Assembly: GCA_000004985.1 (NCBI GenBank)
Contig: GG738929.1
Reading direction: 5' to 3' (one strand)
DNA length: 64,000 bases
Origin: Naegleria gruberi
Lineage: Eukaryota
Positions 10,633-22,420 of this stretch are shown piece after piece. The first letter of the stretch is position 1; the number at the start of each line of letters is the position of its first letter. The notes under the pieces were generated by a model. That model searched no databases and was not told where the DNA came from. It saw nothing but the letters and a program-made list of their open reading frames with translations. Both the position numbers and the translations under genes were made by a program.

Positions 10633-12825
10633 TTATTTTTGGAAACGATCAATCTTTCTGTGATAGAATGGATCGTTCAATTGAATGTATGTTGAAAGGT
10701 ACAATAATCCAACAATAACGAAAAGTGAGACAATAAGGAAGGTCAAAACTGACATGCCGGTGTGAACTCTAGTAATATAAGCATAAATGCCTTGCTTGGT
10801 GGAAACAACAATATCCAAAATATTATCACCATTAATGTCAACAAGTTGAATTGGAGAAATAGAAGGATGAGGGAGTTCAATAATTTGTTGAACGTTACCA
10901 AACAAATCAACAATAGTAATTCTCTTTTCACCAACAGCAACAACGAATGAGTGAGTTTCAAACTTTCTGAGTGGGAAAGCAACAATTTCAGGGAAAAATG
11001 ATTCAGTTTCAGCACCAGATTCAACCAAAACTCTTTCTCTTCTGAAAGAGGATGGTGTCATGACTTGCCATTTAACTCTGAATTTTGGTTCACCATTAAC
11101 GCTATTCTTTCTATCAAAAGTAATTGCAGTAACCAAACCAGTTGATGTCAAATAAACTAAATCTCTAGCTCTGTGTTGTGGCTTTTGTTCAGCAGAATAA
11201 TGTTCAATAATAGCTGGTGTGACTACATCCATTTGCTCATCCTCGTATTCTTCATCATCATCAAAGCTTTGTCTCTCTTGTTGTTCATTTGACATTAAGA
11301 ATGGAATGGAGAATTGTTCAATGAAAGAAGATGGATGAAGTTTACAGACAGACTTTCTGAAAAGAGTATCATATGGATTTGGAGCTCCACTTTCAACTCT
11401 GGCCTTACAAACTTGAGCTTCAGCAGCATCAATCATACCATCAAAGTTAATATCTTGATAGTAGGTGTTTTCCTTCAATGGTGAAAATTGAGTTAAAGTT
11501 CTACCGGTATACAAGTGAATAACTTGAATACCCTTTGAAAGATGGGCAACCATAACGTTTGGAATCTTTTCAAACTTCTTCATCAATTCAATATTCTTCT
11601 TCAATTTTTCATTGGTATCCTTAGTCTTAGTTGTAACAGTTTGAATGGTACTCTTAACCTTTTCTCCAATATCACCATAATCTTGTTTTTCAGCTCTTTC
11701 TTGAATCTTTGAAACCTTAGCTTTCTTTGTTGGTTGGAAATTGTCCAAAATAACAGAGGTATCATATGGGTGACGATAAACATGAGGTAAATGATGCATA
11801 ATCTTCTTCTTATATTCTCTCCATATAACTTCACCAGAGTCACTTAAATGTTGTTGAGCATTCAATTTGAAAGAATGTTGTTCATAAAATTCATTATCAT
11901 CCCAACTCTTAGCATTAGATTGATGCTTCCAACGAAGTTGACCTGTAGCTCCATCAAGACAGAAATATGTGATTTGAGTAGCTGTTTCTTCAGTTCTCTT
12001 GGTGCTATCATTATCAAACATTTCTTGAGGTTTACGGAAACCAATAATAACCATTCCTTCATCATTTTCATGAACTCTCCAAGGATAAACAGCAACAAAA
12101 ACTTCAAATGGTTTGAAATCATTTCTCAAATCTTCCATTTCCACATCAGTAAGCTTCATTTCAGAAACAACATGTTGCAAAAGATCAGATTCCCATTGTA
12201 AATTCAAATCAGGATCAAGACATAAAACTTTCCAATTTGAAAGAACAGCAGCAATTCTCTTTGTTCCTCTTTGTCCTTTCTTTTTCTTTACTTTAATATG
12301 ACCATGTCCGAGACCAATAATCGAATGATGAACAGTTCCTTTGTTTTTGTCCTTTTCATTAACATCAAATGATTTCTATTATTTGTAAAAATAAATAATA
12401 TTAATATTAAATAAAATTGATCATCATCATTCCTAAAAAACATACTTCTTCAGTGATTGGATTAAACATGTCTTGATGAACCAAAAGAGAGGATGAAATA
12501 GTTTTTAAGGAAACTATAGAAATTCTACCATTATCATTACTCGTTATTAAATCCTTTGATCCATCTCCATCAATATCAGTGATAATAGGCTTTGGACTAA
12601 AACGATCAAACAAGTATCAAATTTGATGACGACGATTATATTTCGGAAGGCTTTAAAAAAAACTTACACTAAATCCACTTGTCCTGTTTTTAATAAAAGT
12701 GGTTGTTGATTTGTTGTTTGTGAGAAAAAGAAAGCCTTTTCAATGGTTACACTTCCCTCTTGGTTCAAAGCAACCACCAAGAGAAGGCAAACCAATGCGA
12801 ACATTGCAAAGTCACGTTTTCGCAT
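10633..12825 (-). CDS. FG-GAP repeat-containing single-pass membrane protein (ITFG1/linkin-like architecture), 3 exons: join(12825..12668, 12596..12446, 12375..10633)
   Basis: There is an N-terminal signal peptide MRKRDFAMFALVCLLLVVAL. FG-GAP/calcium-binding-like motifs TDIDGDGSKDLI and DINGDNILDIVVS are present. A C-terminal TM SVLTFLIVSLFVIVGLLYL is followed by a short tail. The introns are GTAAGT...TTTTAG (71 nt) and GTATGT...AATAG (70 nt). Phases were checked and are in frame. Confidence 0.6.
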
Positions 12826-12987
12826 TTTTTAATTAATCCAAAAAAAAGATCAAATTGTGTGTGATGTAAGCAAAATTTTCGTCATACTATTCTCTAGTAA
12901 AATTTAGGAGAAGTAGTTAATGACGATCATCTGTTGGAACAAATTGAACGAGATTTAAAATCTTGTAATATCAAGTGAGAGTACTAA

Positions 12988-13476
12988 CTAGGGTGTTTGT
13001 TTATTGTGTTCAGCTTGTTGTTCATTCCTTACATCATTGATGGTTCTATGCTCGGAATGCTTAGTATGCAAATCATCTTTTTGTGAAGAGGCAAGAGAAG
13101 CAGCCCTCTGTTCCTCCTCCTTATTAATTTTCATCATTTTGTTATATTCTTCCTTTAATGCATCAGGGAAAGCTCCACTGTTCGATTCTTGTTCGGAAAC
13201 TGAGTAACCCATTGTTGTTGATGCTCTCTGACTATTCTCTGTGGCTCCTTTTCCACTTGTATTGGTGGTACTAGAAGAAGAAGAAGAATTGGTGTTTGCA
13301 CTTTTACCCTTAGCATTGGATTTCTCGACGGAATCTCTATTCTCTTGTGGGAGGGCTTCTTTAGGTTTGTTCAAATCACCTCTTATGATACCAAGATTAG
13401 TGGAGAAACTTTTGAAGGAAGCTTGATTGAGAGGAACCTTTCGGAGGAAAAGGTTTGAGAATTGTTTGATTTTCAT
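12988..13476 (-). CDS. Hypothetical small Ser-rich protein (possible mitochondrial presequence)
   Basis: It is a 162-aa ORF. The N-terminus MKIKQFSNLFLRKVPLNQASFKSFSTNLG is basic and hydroxylated. I recognise no domain. Confidence 0.35.
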   Translation of the reverse strand: MKIKQFSNLFLRKVPLNQASFKSFSTNLGIIRGDLNKPKEALPQENRDSVEKSNAKGKSANTNSSSSSSTTNTSGKGATENSQRASTTMGYSVSEQESNSGAFPDALKEEYNKMMKINKEEEQRAASLASSQKDDLHTKHSEHRTINDVRNEQQAEHNKQTP

Positions 13477-13760
13477 TTTGTTTTAATGGTAATAATGTTC
13501 AATCAGAATTCTGTAATACTTAATGTCTGATCCTATTCATGCTAAAATGTATATTTTCCTTTTAGGAAGAATCCTAAATTGTTTAATCCAAGAATGTTTA
13601 ACTTTCATATAGAAAACCACTTTGCATATTTGATTTTAGGTTTAAATTGAAATCTCTTCTTCAATAATAATGTGATGTGAGTTTACTCTAATTTGTACTT
13701 ACTAGGTGATATTACATTCAAGATTTCATAATGGATATAAAGTTATTAGATTTCAATAAT

Positions 13761-16700
13761 TTATTGAGCTTCAACTTGACCGCCTAAACATTTAATCAAA
13801 TAATCAATCATTGAGAAACTACTCATTTCTTCTACTAGAAGATTTGAATTCAATTCCTTCAATCGATTTGTTGCTTGTTTCAAATGAATAACAGATTCAG
13901 AATATTTGCTTGAATCTTTCTTTCCGCTTTGGAGTGTTTCTTTTGCCCATTGAGAAAGAGGATACATTCCATCATCACTCTTATCATTCTCAGTAACATT
14001 AGAAAGGAAATTGTCAAATGATGTTTCTTCTACTTTACCATAGAGATTAGGATAATTTGTCTTTAAGTGATTTAGTAACTCTTCGTGAGTTGGTGGATTA
14101 GTATTGCAAATGTGAATAATTTCCAAATCAAATAATTTGAATCGAGTGGAATTGACAATGATTTTGCTTACAAAGTCAACATTCACCAAGTTTCTAACAA
14201 TTTCTAAATTTGGAGTACTGTTAGTTCTCTTAATTGATTTTAACATTCTTTCCAATAGAAAACCTTTTGGCATTTCACCTGTTTCATTTCCAATAATTAA
14301 ACCAGGTCTCACAATCAATATTGGTAATCCCAAAATGTCTTTGGCTTGTTTCAACAAACACTCGGATGCAAATTTCGTTTGAGGATATCCGAATGTGAGA
14401 TTCATTTCTGATAGTGTTGAAATCCTCTCTATTGGTTGACCTGAATCCTTATCCAAAGGTGCAGCAGATATTGAACTAACATATAGCAATGGCTTGACCC
14501 TACTCTGAAATGAAAACTCAATCATTCGTCTTGTTCCATCAACATTCGATTCTTTCAAAGATGAAAATGGTTGAATAAAATTCACAACAGAACCACCATG
14601 ATAGACAACATCAACATTCCGAGCCAATTCATCATAGGTTGCTCTGTCCATTCCAAATAAATCCAAGCCAACATCTCCAACAAGTACTTGAACTCTGCTA
14701 ATATATTCATTCTTCCAAAGTGAATACTTTTTCATGTTATCTATTAATCTCTTAGTTGCATGATCAATACTATTACCTCTACAAATACAATAGACCATTT
14801 TCAATTCTTGTAATTCTAATAAATCTCTTAATAGGAAGGCACCCAGAAATCCAGTAGATCCAGTTAAGAGAACTTGTTCATGAATGAGTGGTTGACTGGA
14901 AGAAATACTTTGTGGAAGGGATTCCTTTGATTTTTCCAAATATTTCATTATTTCTTCATTGACAACAGGTGTTAATAATTCAGATTGATTGATTGCCTCA
15001 ATGAGTTTCTTTGGAGTGTTCATCTTGTATACTTCATCAACACTCAGTTGAACATTGAATTCATTCTTGATATAATTTCTTAATTTGATCAATGAAATTG
15101 AATCTAATCCAATATTAGTAAGTGATGTATTCAGTTCAATTGCATTTTCCTCGTTTATAAATATTTGCTTATTCATAAATTCGAGAAATTGTGAAGGTTC
15201 TGCAATTTTAGAAGCTTTCTTACTTGATTGAGGTTTCTTTACCATAATATTTTCATTCTCATTAGCAGAGGATGAAACATTGTAAAGTGAATCAATAATA
15301 TTCTTGAATACTTGTTCAGTTTTAGATCTAGAAACAAGTCCTTTCAAACTACTGGTTGGAATACTATCATTGGTTAGCAATATAAAATCCACAATTCTAG
15401 AATGGAATGGAAGTCTATTATTCATTTCAATAATTTGCTCACTAATCTTTTCCTTAATATTATTAGGTTTCTTTTTAGGATCAATTTCAATCAATGCCAC
15501 ACAGAAAGGTCTATTATGACCAATGACAGCACTTCTAACAACGGATCCATCAAATGAATCAATTTCATTCTCAATTGGTACTGGATTAGTCATTTCACCA
15601 TTAGTATGACAAAGAATATTATCAGATCGGGTATTATAGAAATAGTGATCTTTAGGATACTCAAAAAATAAATCATGAGTACAGAATATACCATCTACCC
15701 AAAACTTTGTATTATTAATGGACATGTAATCCAATGCACATGTTGGGCAACCCTTCTTTAGATTCAATAAATAACACTTTTCCATTTCATAAGGTTGCCA
15801 AACAATGTACTTTTCTGGAATGACACATTTCATTGATTTGAATGCGCCAGTGAACGGATCAGCTGCCATTACAACACCTACCTCACTCATTCCATATCCA
15901 TTTGTTATGTTAATTCTATGATCTTGGCAATAATTGATGAGATGATTTGGAGTAGAAACTCCACCAAGAGCCACAACCAGACATTCAGATAATAGTTTAG
16001 TCTTTTCCTCTGATTCCATTATTTCTTCCAATAAAATTGGAAATACAATGGCTCTAGTGGATGGTAAATGTTCCTTATGGCTCAACAATACCTGACTGAG
16101 TGTTTGAGAAATACTTTGTCTAGTTGTCTGATTAAACATTATATAATTAGTACCCTTGTAGAGACAACCCAACAAGTTATATAATCCCATTAAGTGAAAT
16201 AATGGTAGAAAGTTGATAACATATTGTTGACTTGTCGTTCCAATGGATTGTGAATAGTGAAGACTTGACATTAGTGATCTCATATTGTGAATTACTATTT
16301 TAGGAATATTAGTACTACCTGAAGTGTTCAAATAAAAGCATGGATCTTCAAATTTGAATGGTAATTTCAGTGCTTGTTTCAAATCTTCATCACTGATTGT
16401 AGTATCTAATTGATCTTTGATAGCTGAAATAATGTCGAATGGTTTCAGATAGGAAGAATATTCATGTTTCTCATAATCTTTCAATTGTTGTGAAATGTCT
16501 GATGTGATCATGTATTTATCGGCTGTTTTAAAGAATGTATCCATACTCTCCTTATCACTTGCTTTAATCATTGAATCTAGAATCTGGGGAGATAAACTAA
16601 CATATTTCACATTTCCCAATTCGAGTAGTTTTGAAATAATTCCAGGAGTCAATTTGTTATTGACTGGAAAATTAATACAACCCAAAGTCCATAATGCAAA

Positions 16701-17021
16701 CAGTAATACAGAGTAGACTATTGAGTTTTCATGTAACAAAGCAACGCAAGAACCTTTCTTTAAACTTGGCCATTGCTTCATGATTAATCTTCTGGCCATT
16801 GCAACTGATTTGGAAAATTGACCAAATGTTAAGGTTGATATTTCCAATTTGTAATCTAATGGTAATTCACCATCTGTGATCACTCTTGTGAGGAAAGTTG
16901 ATTGAGAATTGTTCAAACCATAATGTTCTACAAGTTCCAATAAGTTAAAGAATGGTTTCCTATTTAAAGGCCATTCAACTTGAATTCCTTCGTGGTCTAT
17001 AATTTCTGTTGACTGACTCAT
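13761..17021 (-). CDS. NRPS-like carboxylic acid reductase / Lys2-type enzyme: adenylation domain, phosphopantetheine carrier domain, NAD(P)-dependent thioester reductase domain (A-T-R), single exon, 1086 aa
   Basis: The A-domain cores are NTSGSTNIPK (A3) and TNGYGMSEVG (A5). The carrier Ser motif is NIGLDSISLIKL. The reductase Rossmann motif LLTGSTGFLGAFLL is present, together with a downstream YxxxK (YPQTK). The ATG at 17021 is real. Confidence 0.85.
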   Translation of the reverse strand: MSQSTEIIDHEGIQVEWPLNRKPFFNLLELVEHYGLNNSQSTFLTRVITDGELPLDYKLEISTLTFGQFSKSVAMARRLIMKQWPSLKKGSCVALLHENSIVYSVLLFALWTLGCINFPVNNKLTPGIISKLLELGNVKYVSLSPQILDSMIKASDKESMDTFFKTADKYMITSDISQQLKDYEKHEYSSYLKPFDIISAIKDQLDTTISDEDLKQALKLPFKFEDPCFYLNTSGSTNIPKIVIHNMRSLMSSLHYSQSIGTTSQQYVINFLPLFHLMGLYNLLGCLYKGTNYIMFNQTTRQSISQTLSQVLLSHKEHLPSTRAIVFPILLEEIMESEEKTKLLSECLVVALGGVSTPNHLINYCQDHRINITNGYGMSEVGVVMAADPFTGAFKSMKCVIPEKYIVWQPYEMEKCYLLNLKKGCPTCALDYMSINNTKFWVDGIFCTHDLFFEYPKDHYFYNTRSDNILCHTNGEMTNPVPIENEIDSFDGSVVRSAVIGHNRPFCVALIEIDPKKKPNNIKEKISEQIIEMNNRLPFHSRIVDFILLTNDSIPTSSLKGLVSRSKTEQVFKNIIDSLYNVSSSANENENIMVKKPQSSKKASKIAEPSQFLEFMNKQIFINEENAIELNTSLTNIGLDSISLIKLRNYIKNEFNVQLSVDEVYKMNTPKKLIEAINQSELLTPVVNEEIMKYLEKSKESLPQSISSSQPLIHEQVLLTGSTGFLGAFLLRDLLELQELKMVYCICRGNSIDHATKRLIDNMKKYSLWKNEYISRVQVLVGDVGLDLFGMDRATYDELARNVDVVYHGGSVVNFIQPFSSLKESNVDGTRRMIEFSFQSRVKPLLYVSSISAAPLDKDSGQPIERISTLSEMNLTFGYPQTKFASECLLKQAKDILGLPILIVRPGLIIGNETGEMPKGFLLERMLKSIKRTNSTPNLEIVRNLVNVDFVSKIIVNSTRFKLFDLEIIHICNTNPPTHEELLNHLKTNYPNLYGKVEETSFDNFLSNVTENDKSDDGMYPLSQWAKETLQSGKKDSSKYSESVIHLKQATNRLKELNSNLLVEEMSSFSMIDYLIKCLGGQVEAQ

Positions 17022-17215
17022 GAATTGTTTTTCTATGATATTATTTCTATCAAAAATAACTCGTGGAGTTTATATTTCTGATATTACAAATTTAGAAATA
17101 AACCTTTCTGAGGTTAAATAAATTAAGGGATTTGAACAATTGAAGGAAATGTGCGTAGTGATTCTTACAGTTGTAGATGGAATGGATATCATTTAAAATA
17201 TTTACAATATTTGAT

Positions 17216-18063
17216 TTAAGGTTCATAGGACATGAGTTCTTCCTTGTCATCTTTTGACATTTTCTCGACAGCATATCTAAGACCTTCTCTACTGAAATGT
17301 GAATAATTTTCCTTAATAAAATCAGTTACCAAATCCAAATCAGCTAAACTCAATTCTCTCAGCACCCATCCAGTTCCAAGTTGTGCAAATCTTTCACTAT
17401 TCTTCACTGTTGTACTACAAATATCAATAATCAAGTCGTTATATTCTCCATGCTTGGCAATCTTTACAAAACTAACACAAGCACTTCGTTGTTTCCACAA
17501 ATTATCGGAATCTTTCCACTTTTGAACAACTTGTGCCAAACTTGAATCTCTTTTAATGAGCTCACAAATTACAGTTGAGCTAATAGTATCACAAGTTGCC
17601 CAATCATAAACATGTTCCTTATCAAATAAATTCTCCTCAATTCCATTCACAACATATAATCCATTGACTCCAATTTCATCATCTTCAGTTGATTTCTTCT
17701 TCTTTTTTGGTACAAAGTTTTTAACATTTGATGCCAATATCTAATTCATTATTATATATTCCAAATTAAATACTCAGTTATCAAATAAAAACCAACCTTG
17801 ATTCCAATAGATTTCTCTTCAAAATATTTACTTGCTATTAATTCATAACTAACATCCACCTGATCCTTCAATTCTGGTATATTTGTTTGTAAATTACTTT
17901 TCAGAGTATCTTTCCAACATTTTTCAACAATCGGAGCCTTCAATCCATGAAATTTAATAACATTCTTCATGTAGCCTTCTTGGTGTTTAGCAGAGTCCTT
18001 GTTGGCTACTTTTAATAGTGTTGTTCGGACGAGTTTTGTAAAATTCATACGTTTGACTTCCAT
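17216..18063 (-). CDS. DNA alkylation repair enzyme family (AlkD/AlkC-like HEAT-repeat glycosylase family) protein, 2 exons: join(18063..17797, 17740..17216)
   Basis: The family call rests on pattern similarity to PF08713-like proteins, for example LKAPIVEK, NLWKQRSACVSF and GWVLRELS. A 56-nt intron (GTTGGT...AATTAG) is in frame. Confidence in the family is moderate; the gene model itself is good. Confidence 0.5.
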
Positions 18064-18451
18064 CTGTTTGTGAGAGTGCCAGCAACCTATGTGTTGATTT
18101 TTTTTATGTTTTGATTTTCAAATAATGGCGCCAATTTATTGTACTGGGTTTGAAACAGTTCGAATTTTTACAAGAAGTCCAATCAATGTGATGATTCACT
18201 AAACACATAATTTGTCCACTTCACTAACTTCACGCATGGCATGGCTACAGAAAAATCAATTCATTGGTTTTTTCTTTTTCTCTATTAAAAGCGAAATTAC
18301 AATTTACATGAACAATAGTAAAACTCCAACAATAAGAATAAAACTGAAACTATGGCCTCTATTGGGGTTTAGTGAAAAACAATTTATTTAATTATTTAAA
18401 GATTAAAAAAGATTAAAAAAATTAAACTTTCTTGGGAACAGTGTTGGAAAA

Positions 18452-20200
18452 ATGTTTTTTGATAATGATACTCTATTTGTCATTTTCCATTACATGACTC
18501 CGTGGAATTTATTATTTACAACCAGTAGAGTTTCTAAACAATGGAAATATGTTTCCTCACTCATTCCGATCCATTTAAAATTTAATCAATTTAATACTTT
18601 TCATCAAATCATGATGATGAAATTTATTACTACTCATCATCTAATTGATGATCATCAGATGAATGAAAATAATTCTTTTAAAATTGTGGAATTAAATTTA
18701 ATGAACATGTATATTAAAAAGGAAAATATTCATTTATTATATGAACACATTAATGTATTGAAATGTTCATTAACGAGTTTGAGTTTACCAAGACTTTTAC
18801 CGAGAGATGTTTTGGAGAAAATTTCAGAAATTGAAATGGAACACTTGACACAATTAATGATTGATGGATGTGAAATGAATTTAGATTGTACATTATTTTG
18901 TAAATTTAAATTAAAACAATTGAGATTAACAGAGATTATAACAGTGGAAGCATTTTCTGCTCTTGCAAAAAATGAAAATTTGTACAATTTAACAAGTTTA
19001 GACTTGTCTATTTCTCAATCTACCGTTGAAAGCATTGAAATATTGAGTAATAGTTTAATATTTAGTAATTTAACATGTTTAATTATGGAGCATAATCATA
19101 TAGATGATGAAATGGTTAAAATTCTAACAAAATGTAAATATTTATCAAAAATAAGGAAATTGAATTTATTTGCAAATGATATTGGAAATGTTGGACTACT
19201 CCACATATCATCTTGTGAATATTTGAGGCAATTAAATCATTTAGATTTGAGGAGAAATTCATTTACTGATATTGGAATCGGCTATTTGAGTAATAGTTCA
19301 AATATGCAAAATTTAGAATATTTGGATTTGAGTAGAAATGTATTGAGTGGTGATAGTGCTATATTATTATCAAATAGTCAATATTTAACAAATATTAAAT
19401 CAATTAATCTAACTTCTAATAGTTTAGGATATTCATGCGTTAAGGAAATTTCTAAATTTAAACAATTGGAAGAATTGAAATTATGTAATAATGATCTCAA
19501 CCAAGAATCCATGGAAATTATTTCCAAATCCTTCACAAAATTGAAAGTTTTAGATTTGAGTGATAATCCAATTATGGAAGGTGCTTCGCATCTTCAAAAT
19601 TTACCAAATTCCAATTTAATTCATTTAGATCTATCGCTTTGTAAACTTCCAATCAAATGTATTGTTGATTTATCAATGAGTGATTCTATATTGAATGTAA
19701 AGAAGCTATATTTGGGATTTAATCAAATTGGAGATGAAGGTGTCATGTTAATTTCGTCTAGTCTTTACAATCTCACTCATTTGTTTCTTCCATTTTCGAA
19801 TATTACATCAAGAGGTGTAAAATATTTATGTGATGGAGTGTTGGATAGAATTGAATTGTTGGATTTGGCAAATAACATGATAGGAAATGAAGGATTGACC
19901 TACATTTCACAATGTAATAATTTTTCCTATTTGGAATATCTATATTTGGATATTAATATTTTAATAAGTGATTTGAGTGAATTATTGTTTGTGAATGGAA
20001 ATTTACAAAATTTAAAACATATTTCAGCTAGAAAATGTATGATTGTTAAATTAATTGAGAAATCTGATGAAAATATTTCTTTGCCATTATTGGAATTTCT
20101 CGATATTTCAAAGAATAAGTTTGAGAAGAGTGAACTTTCTAAATTAATGAAGAAAACTTCAATTCTGCCTTGTACTCTTTCTCTAGTCATTTTGTATTAA
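18452..20200 (+). CDS. F-box / leucine-rich-repeat (RNI-like LRR) protein
   Basis: The N-terminal F-box-like motif is LFVIFHYMTPWNLLFTTSRVSKQWKYV. There are many LRRs of the LDLSxNxIGDEG type (LDLSDNPIMEG, LYLGFNQIGDEGVMLI, LDLANNMIGNEGLTYI). The ATG at 18452 is real. Confidence 0.7.
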   Translation: MFFDNDTLFVIFHYMTPWNLLFTTSRVSKQWKYVSSLIPIHLKFNQFNTFHQIMMMKFITTHHLIDDHQMNENNSFKIVELNLMNMYIKKENIHLLYEHINVLKCSLTSLSLPRLLPRDVLEKISEIEMEHLTQLMIDGCEMNLDCTLFCKFKLKQLRLTEIITVEAFSALAKNENLYNLTSLDLSISQSTVESIEILSNSLIFSNLTCLIMEHNHIDDEMVKILTKCKYLSKIRKLNLFANDIGNVGLLHISSCEYLRQLNHLDLRRNSFTDIGIGYLSNSSNMQNLEYLDLSRNVLSGDSAILLSNSQYLTNIKSINLTSNSLGYSCVKEISKFKQLEELKLCNNDLNQESMEIISKSFTKLKVLDLSDNPIMEGASHLQNLPNSNLIHLDLSLCKLPIKCIVDLSMSDSILNVKKLYLGFNQIGDEGVMLISSSLYNLTHLFLPFSNITSRGVKYLCDGVLDRIELLDLANNMIGNEGLTYISQCNNFSYLEYLYLDINILISDLSELLFVNGNLQNLKHISARKCMIVKLIEKSDENISLPLLEFLDISKNKFEKSELSKLMKKTSILPCTLSLVILY

Positions 20201-20446
20201 GGTTTTTTCAGAACTATGTTTTCGATCTTAATATTTTTTTTAGTATTATTTAGCATTGCACTGCAAGCCATAAACTTATTCATCATGTGGATTTTATAAA
20301 GATTTATCATTGCTTTCTGTGATAATTATTGCTCAGCTCTTTCAAATCATTCAAGGCTAATCCGAATGACAAGATGGAAATAATCCTTATGGCGATCAAC
20401 CAGAATCTGTCTATCCTGATATCTGCTCAAATTTAATTCTTCATGA

Positions 20447-22420
20447 TTAAATGCAATATCTTTTCACAAGGGATGAATCAATTTCAACCTTGAATAATAT
20501 TTTGAAGAGAAAGCTGTGAGTAATTCTTTCATCGTTAACAAAGTGTATTGATGAATGATTACACAACAATGCACTAATGCAGAACATGAAATCTTCCTTA
20601 AGGAATGGAGATGCATCAGAAAATGCATACTCATAGGAGAGTATGGCAGCCTTGACAATGTCAGGATTACTTTTCAATCTTGGAGAGGCAAATTTGAGTG
20701 CCATTCCACTATTCTTACATGCCGTCATGATTACTTCAAAATCATCACACAGTGGAGGGTCTGCATATTGTAATGTGTATGGATAATGTTTCACAGCATG
20801 AAGTAGCAACTCTCTGTCAGTAATTGTACTTGGATATTTGTTGAAAAAGTCGGCACTCTTTTCAACAGATGACCAAATCAATTCCTTGTCGGCTCTTAGA
20901 CTTTCTGGAATGACATCCAGGTGATCGGTTCCATATTTTTTAACAATCATCATAATTAGCTCTCTATCATTTCTAAAGGATGAATCAAGGAACTTGAATA
21001 GGCATGGATTATTCTCCACAATTTCAAAAATTAAATTTCTATCCAATTTCAACTCTGGAGTTAAAAACTTGTAGGCATTTGGTGAATATTTAAGAACCTT
21101 TTTTAGGAAATCCAAGTCCTTGACTAATTCAGGGTTCAGAAACTTTGTTCCTTCATTTGGTTTGTATTTTATGTATGCCAACAATACTTCCTTGTCGTTT
21201 CTGATATGTTTAGGCAATTTCTTATATTCTATAGCATTAAAAACTTGCATGACAACTTCTTTATCATTCCACAAATCCTCAGAGAGTTCATAAATAGAAA
21301 CTTCAAATTCTGGTACCATTTTAAGTATTAATGATCTATTACTGGATATTCTTCTTTCTATTTCATCAAAGACATGTCTTGGGTGCGATGATAAGTGAGC
21401 TCTTATTACTTCTTCATCATCCCACAGTTGATGATCTGTAACTTGGCTTAGAATAAAATCATGATCTGATGAATCTGAAACCCGTAGACAACTCAGCAAA
21501 ATTTCTCTATCATTGAAGCATGATTTTTCTAAATAATAAATAGATGACCCATTTCTGGCTATGAGTGTTTTAGCTACCTGTTTGTAGTGTGGATATTCTA
21601 GTGGAAGACAAGATAAAGATAAGTTTTTTTCCATGGCAACTTGAACTAGTTCATCAAAAAATGGCAGGTCAACTGGAACATATTTAAGATGATTACTATT
21701 TCCAGAGATTGCTTTCAATAAAATATCATAATCCAGGGCATGTTTGGTATTTTTGATATGACCATAAGGATGGTTCTCCAACACGATCAATAACAAATCC
21801 TTTCTTTCACATATCAAATCACTAGGAAGATAAGAAAGTGATATTCCACTCTTCACACACTCCTCAATAATGTCCAAATCTAGTGATTTGTAAACACCTG
21901 CTTTTAAGTAATTCAACTTTCCATGTTGTGCCAATTCCAAAACAATTTCCTTATTATCCTTAATTTCTGGATAAAATATGCCAACATTCAGTCCGTTGGA
22001 CAAACAAGCTGCGATTCTAATATCAATGTCTCTTTTCAATTCATTTGGAAGATAATCGAAAATATAACCATAAACACTGAGAGCTAACAGGGCAATATCC
22101 TTTCTCGTTTTTAAATGTTCGGGTATTTTGGAATAATTGAACCCATCCGATTCAATTGCTAGTTTGACAATTGTTTCATCATTTTTCAATCTTTCAGAAA
22201 TAAATTCAAATCCACTAAAATACTTTTTTGAACATGCCATTAATACAATTTCTCTGTCATCTCTCAATCTTTCAGAACAGAATTGAAACGCCAATGGTGC
22301 ATGTTTAATGGCCAACTCGACCACTTGTCTATCATCTTTCCAATGACTTGGAGCATATTTCAATACGTATGCGTTATGGGATACTAGCAATTTAATGACA
22401 TGTTTGTAGTAATTGACCAT
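20447..22420 (-). CDS. DUF4116-repeat protein (hypothetical)
   Basis: About 30-aa repeats of the form NDREL/NDKEVxLxxVxxNGxxLKFxxxxLxxD occur at least 12 times. The ATG at 22420 is real. The upstream same-strand ORF 22392..22673 overlaps in another frame, so a possible 5-prime extension is unresolved. Confidence 0.6.
   Translation of the reverse strand: MVNYYKHVIKLLVSHNAYVLKYAPSHWKDDRQVVELAIKHAPLAFQFCSERLRDDREIVLMACSKKYFSGFEFISERLKNDETIVKLAIESDGFNYSKIPEHLKTRKDIALLALSVYGYIFDYLPNELKRDIDIRIAACLSNGLNVGIFYPEIKDNKEIVLELAQHGKLNYLKAGVYKSLDLDIIEECVKSGISLSYLPSDLICERKDLLLIVLENHPYGHIKNTKHALDYDILLKAISGNSNHLKYVPVDLPFFDELVQVAMEKNLSLSCLPLEYPHYKQVAKTLIARNGSSIYYLEKSCFNDREILLSCLRVSDSSDHDFILSQVTDHQLWDDEEVIRAHLSSHPRHVFDEIERRISSNRSLILKMVPEFEVSIYELSEDLWNDKEVVMQVFNAIEYKKLPKHIRNDKEVLLAYIKYKPNEGTKFLNPELVKDLDFLKKVLKYSPNAYKFLTPELKLDRNLIFEIVENNPCLFKFLDSSFRNDRELIMMIVKKYGTDHLDVIPESLRADKELIWSSVEKSADFFNKYPSTITDRELLLHAVKHYPYTLQYADPPLCDDFEVIMTACKNSGMALKFASPRLKSNPDIVKAAILSYEYAFSDASPFLKEDFMFCISALLCNHSSIHFVNDERITHSFLFKILFKVEIDSSLVKRYCI

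Noticed and set aside
17092-17274. A 60-aa ORF between the NRPS-like gene and the alkylation-repair gene
   Set aside because: It overlaps the 3-prime end of the alkylation-repair gene in another frame and is probably UTR.
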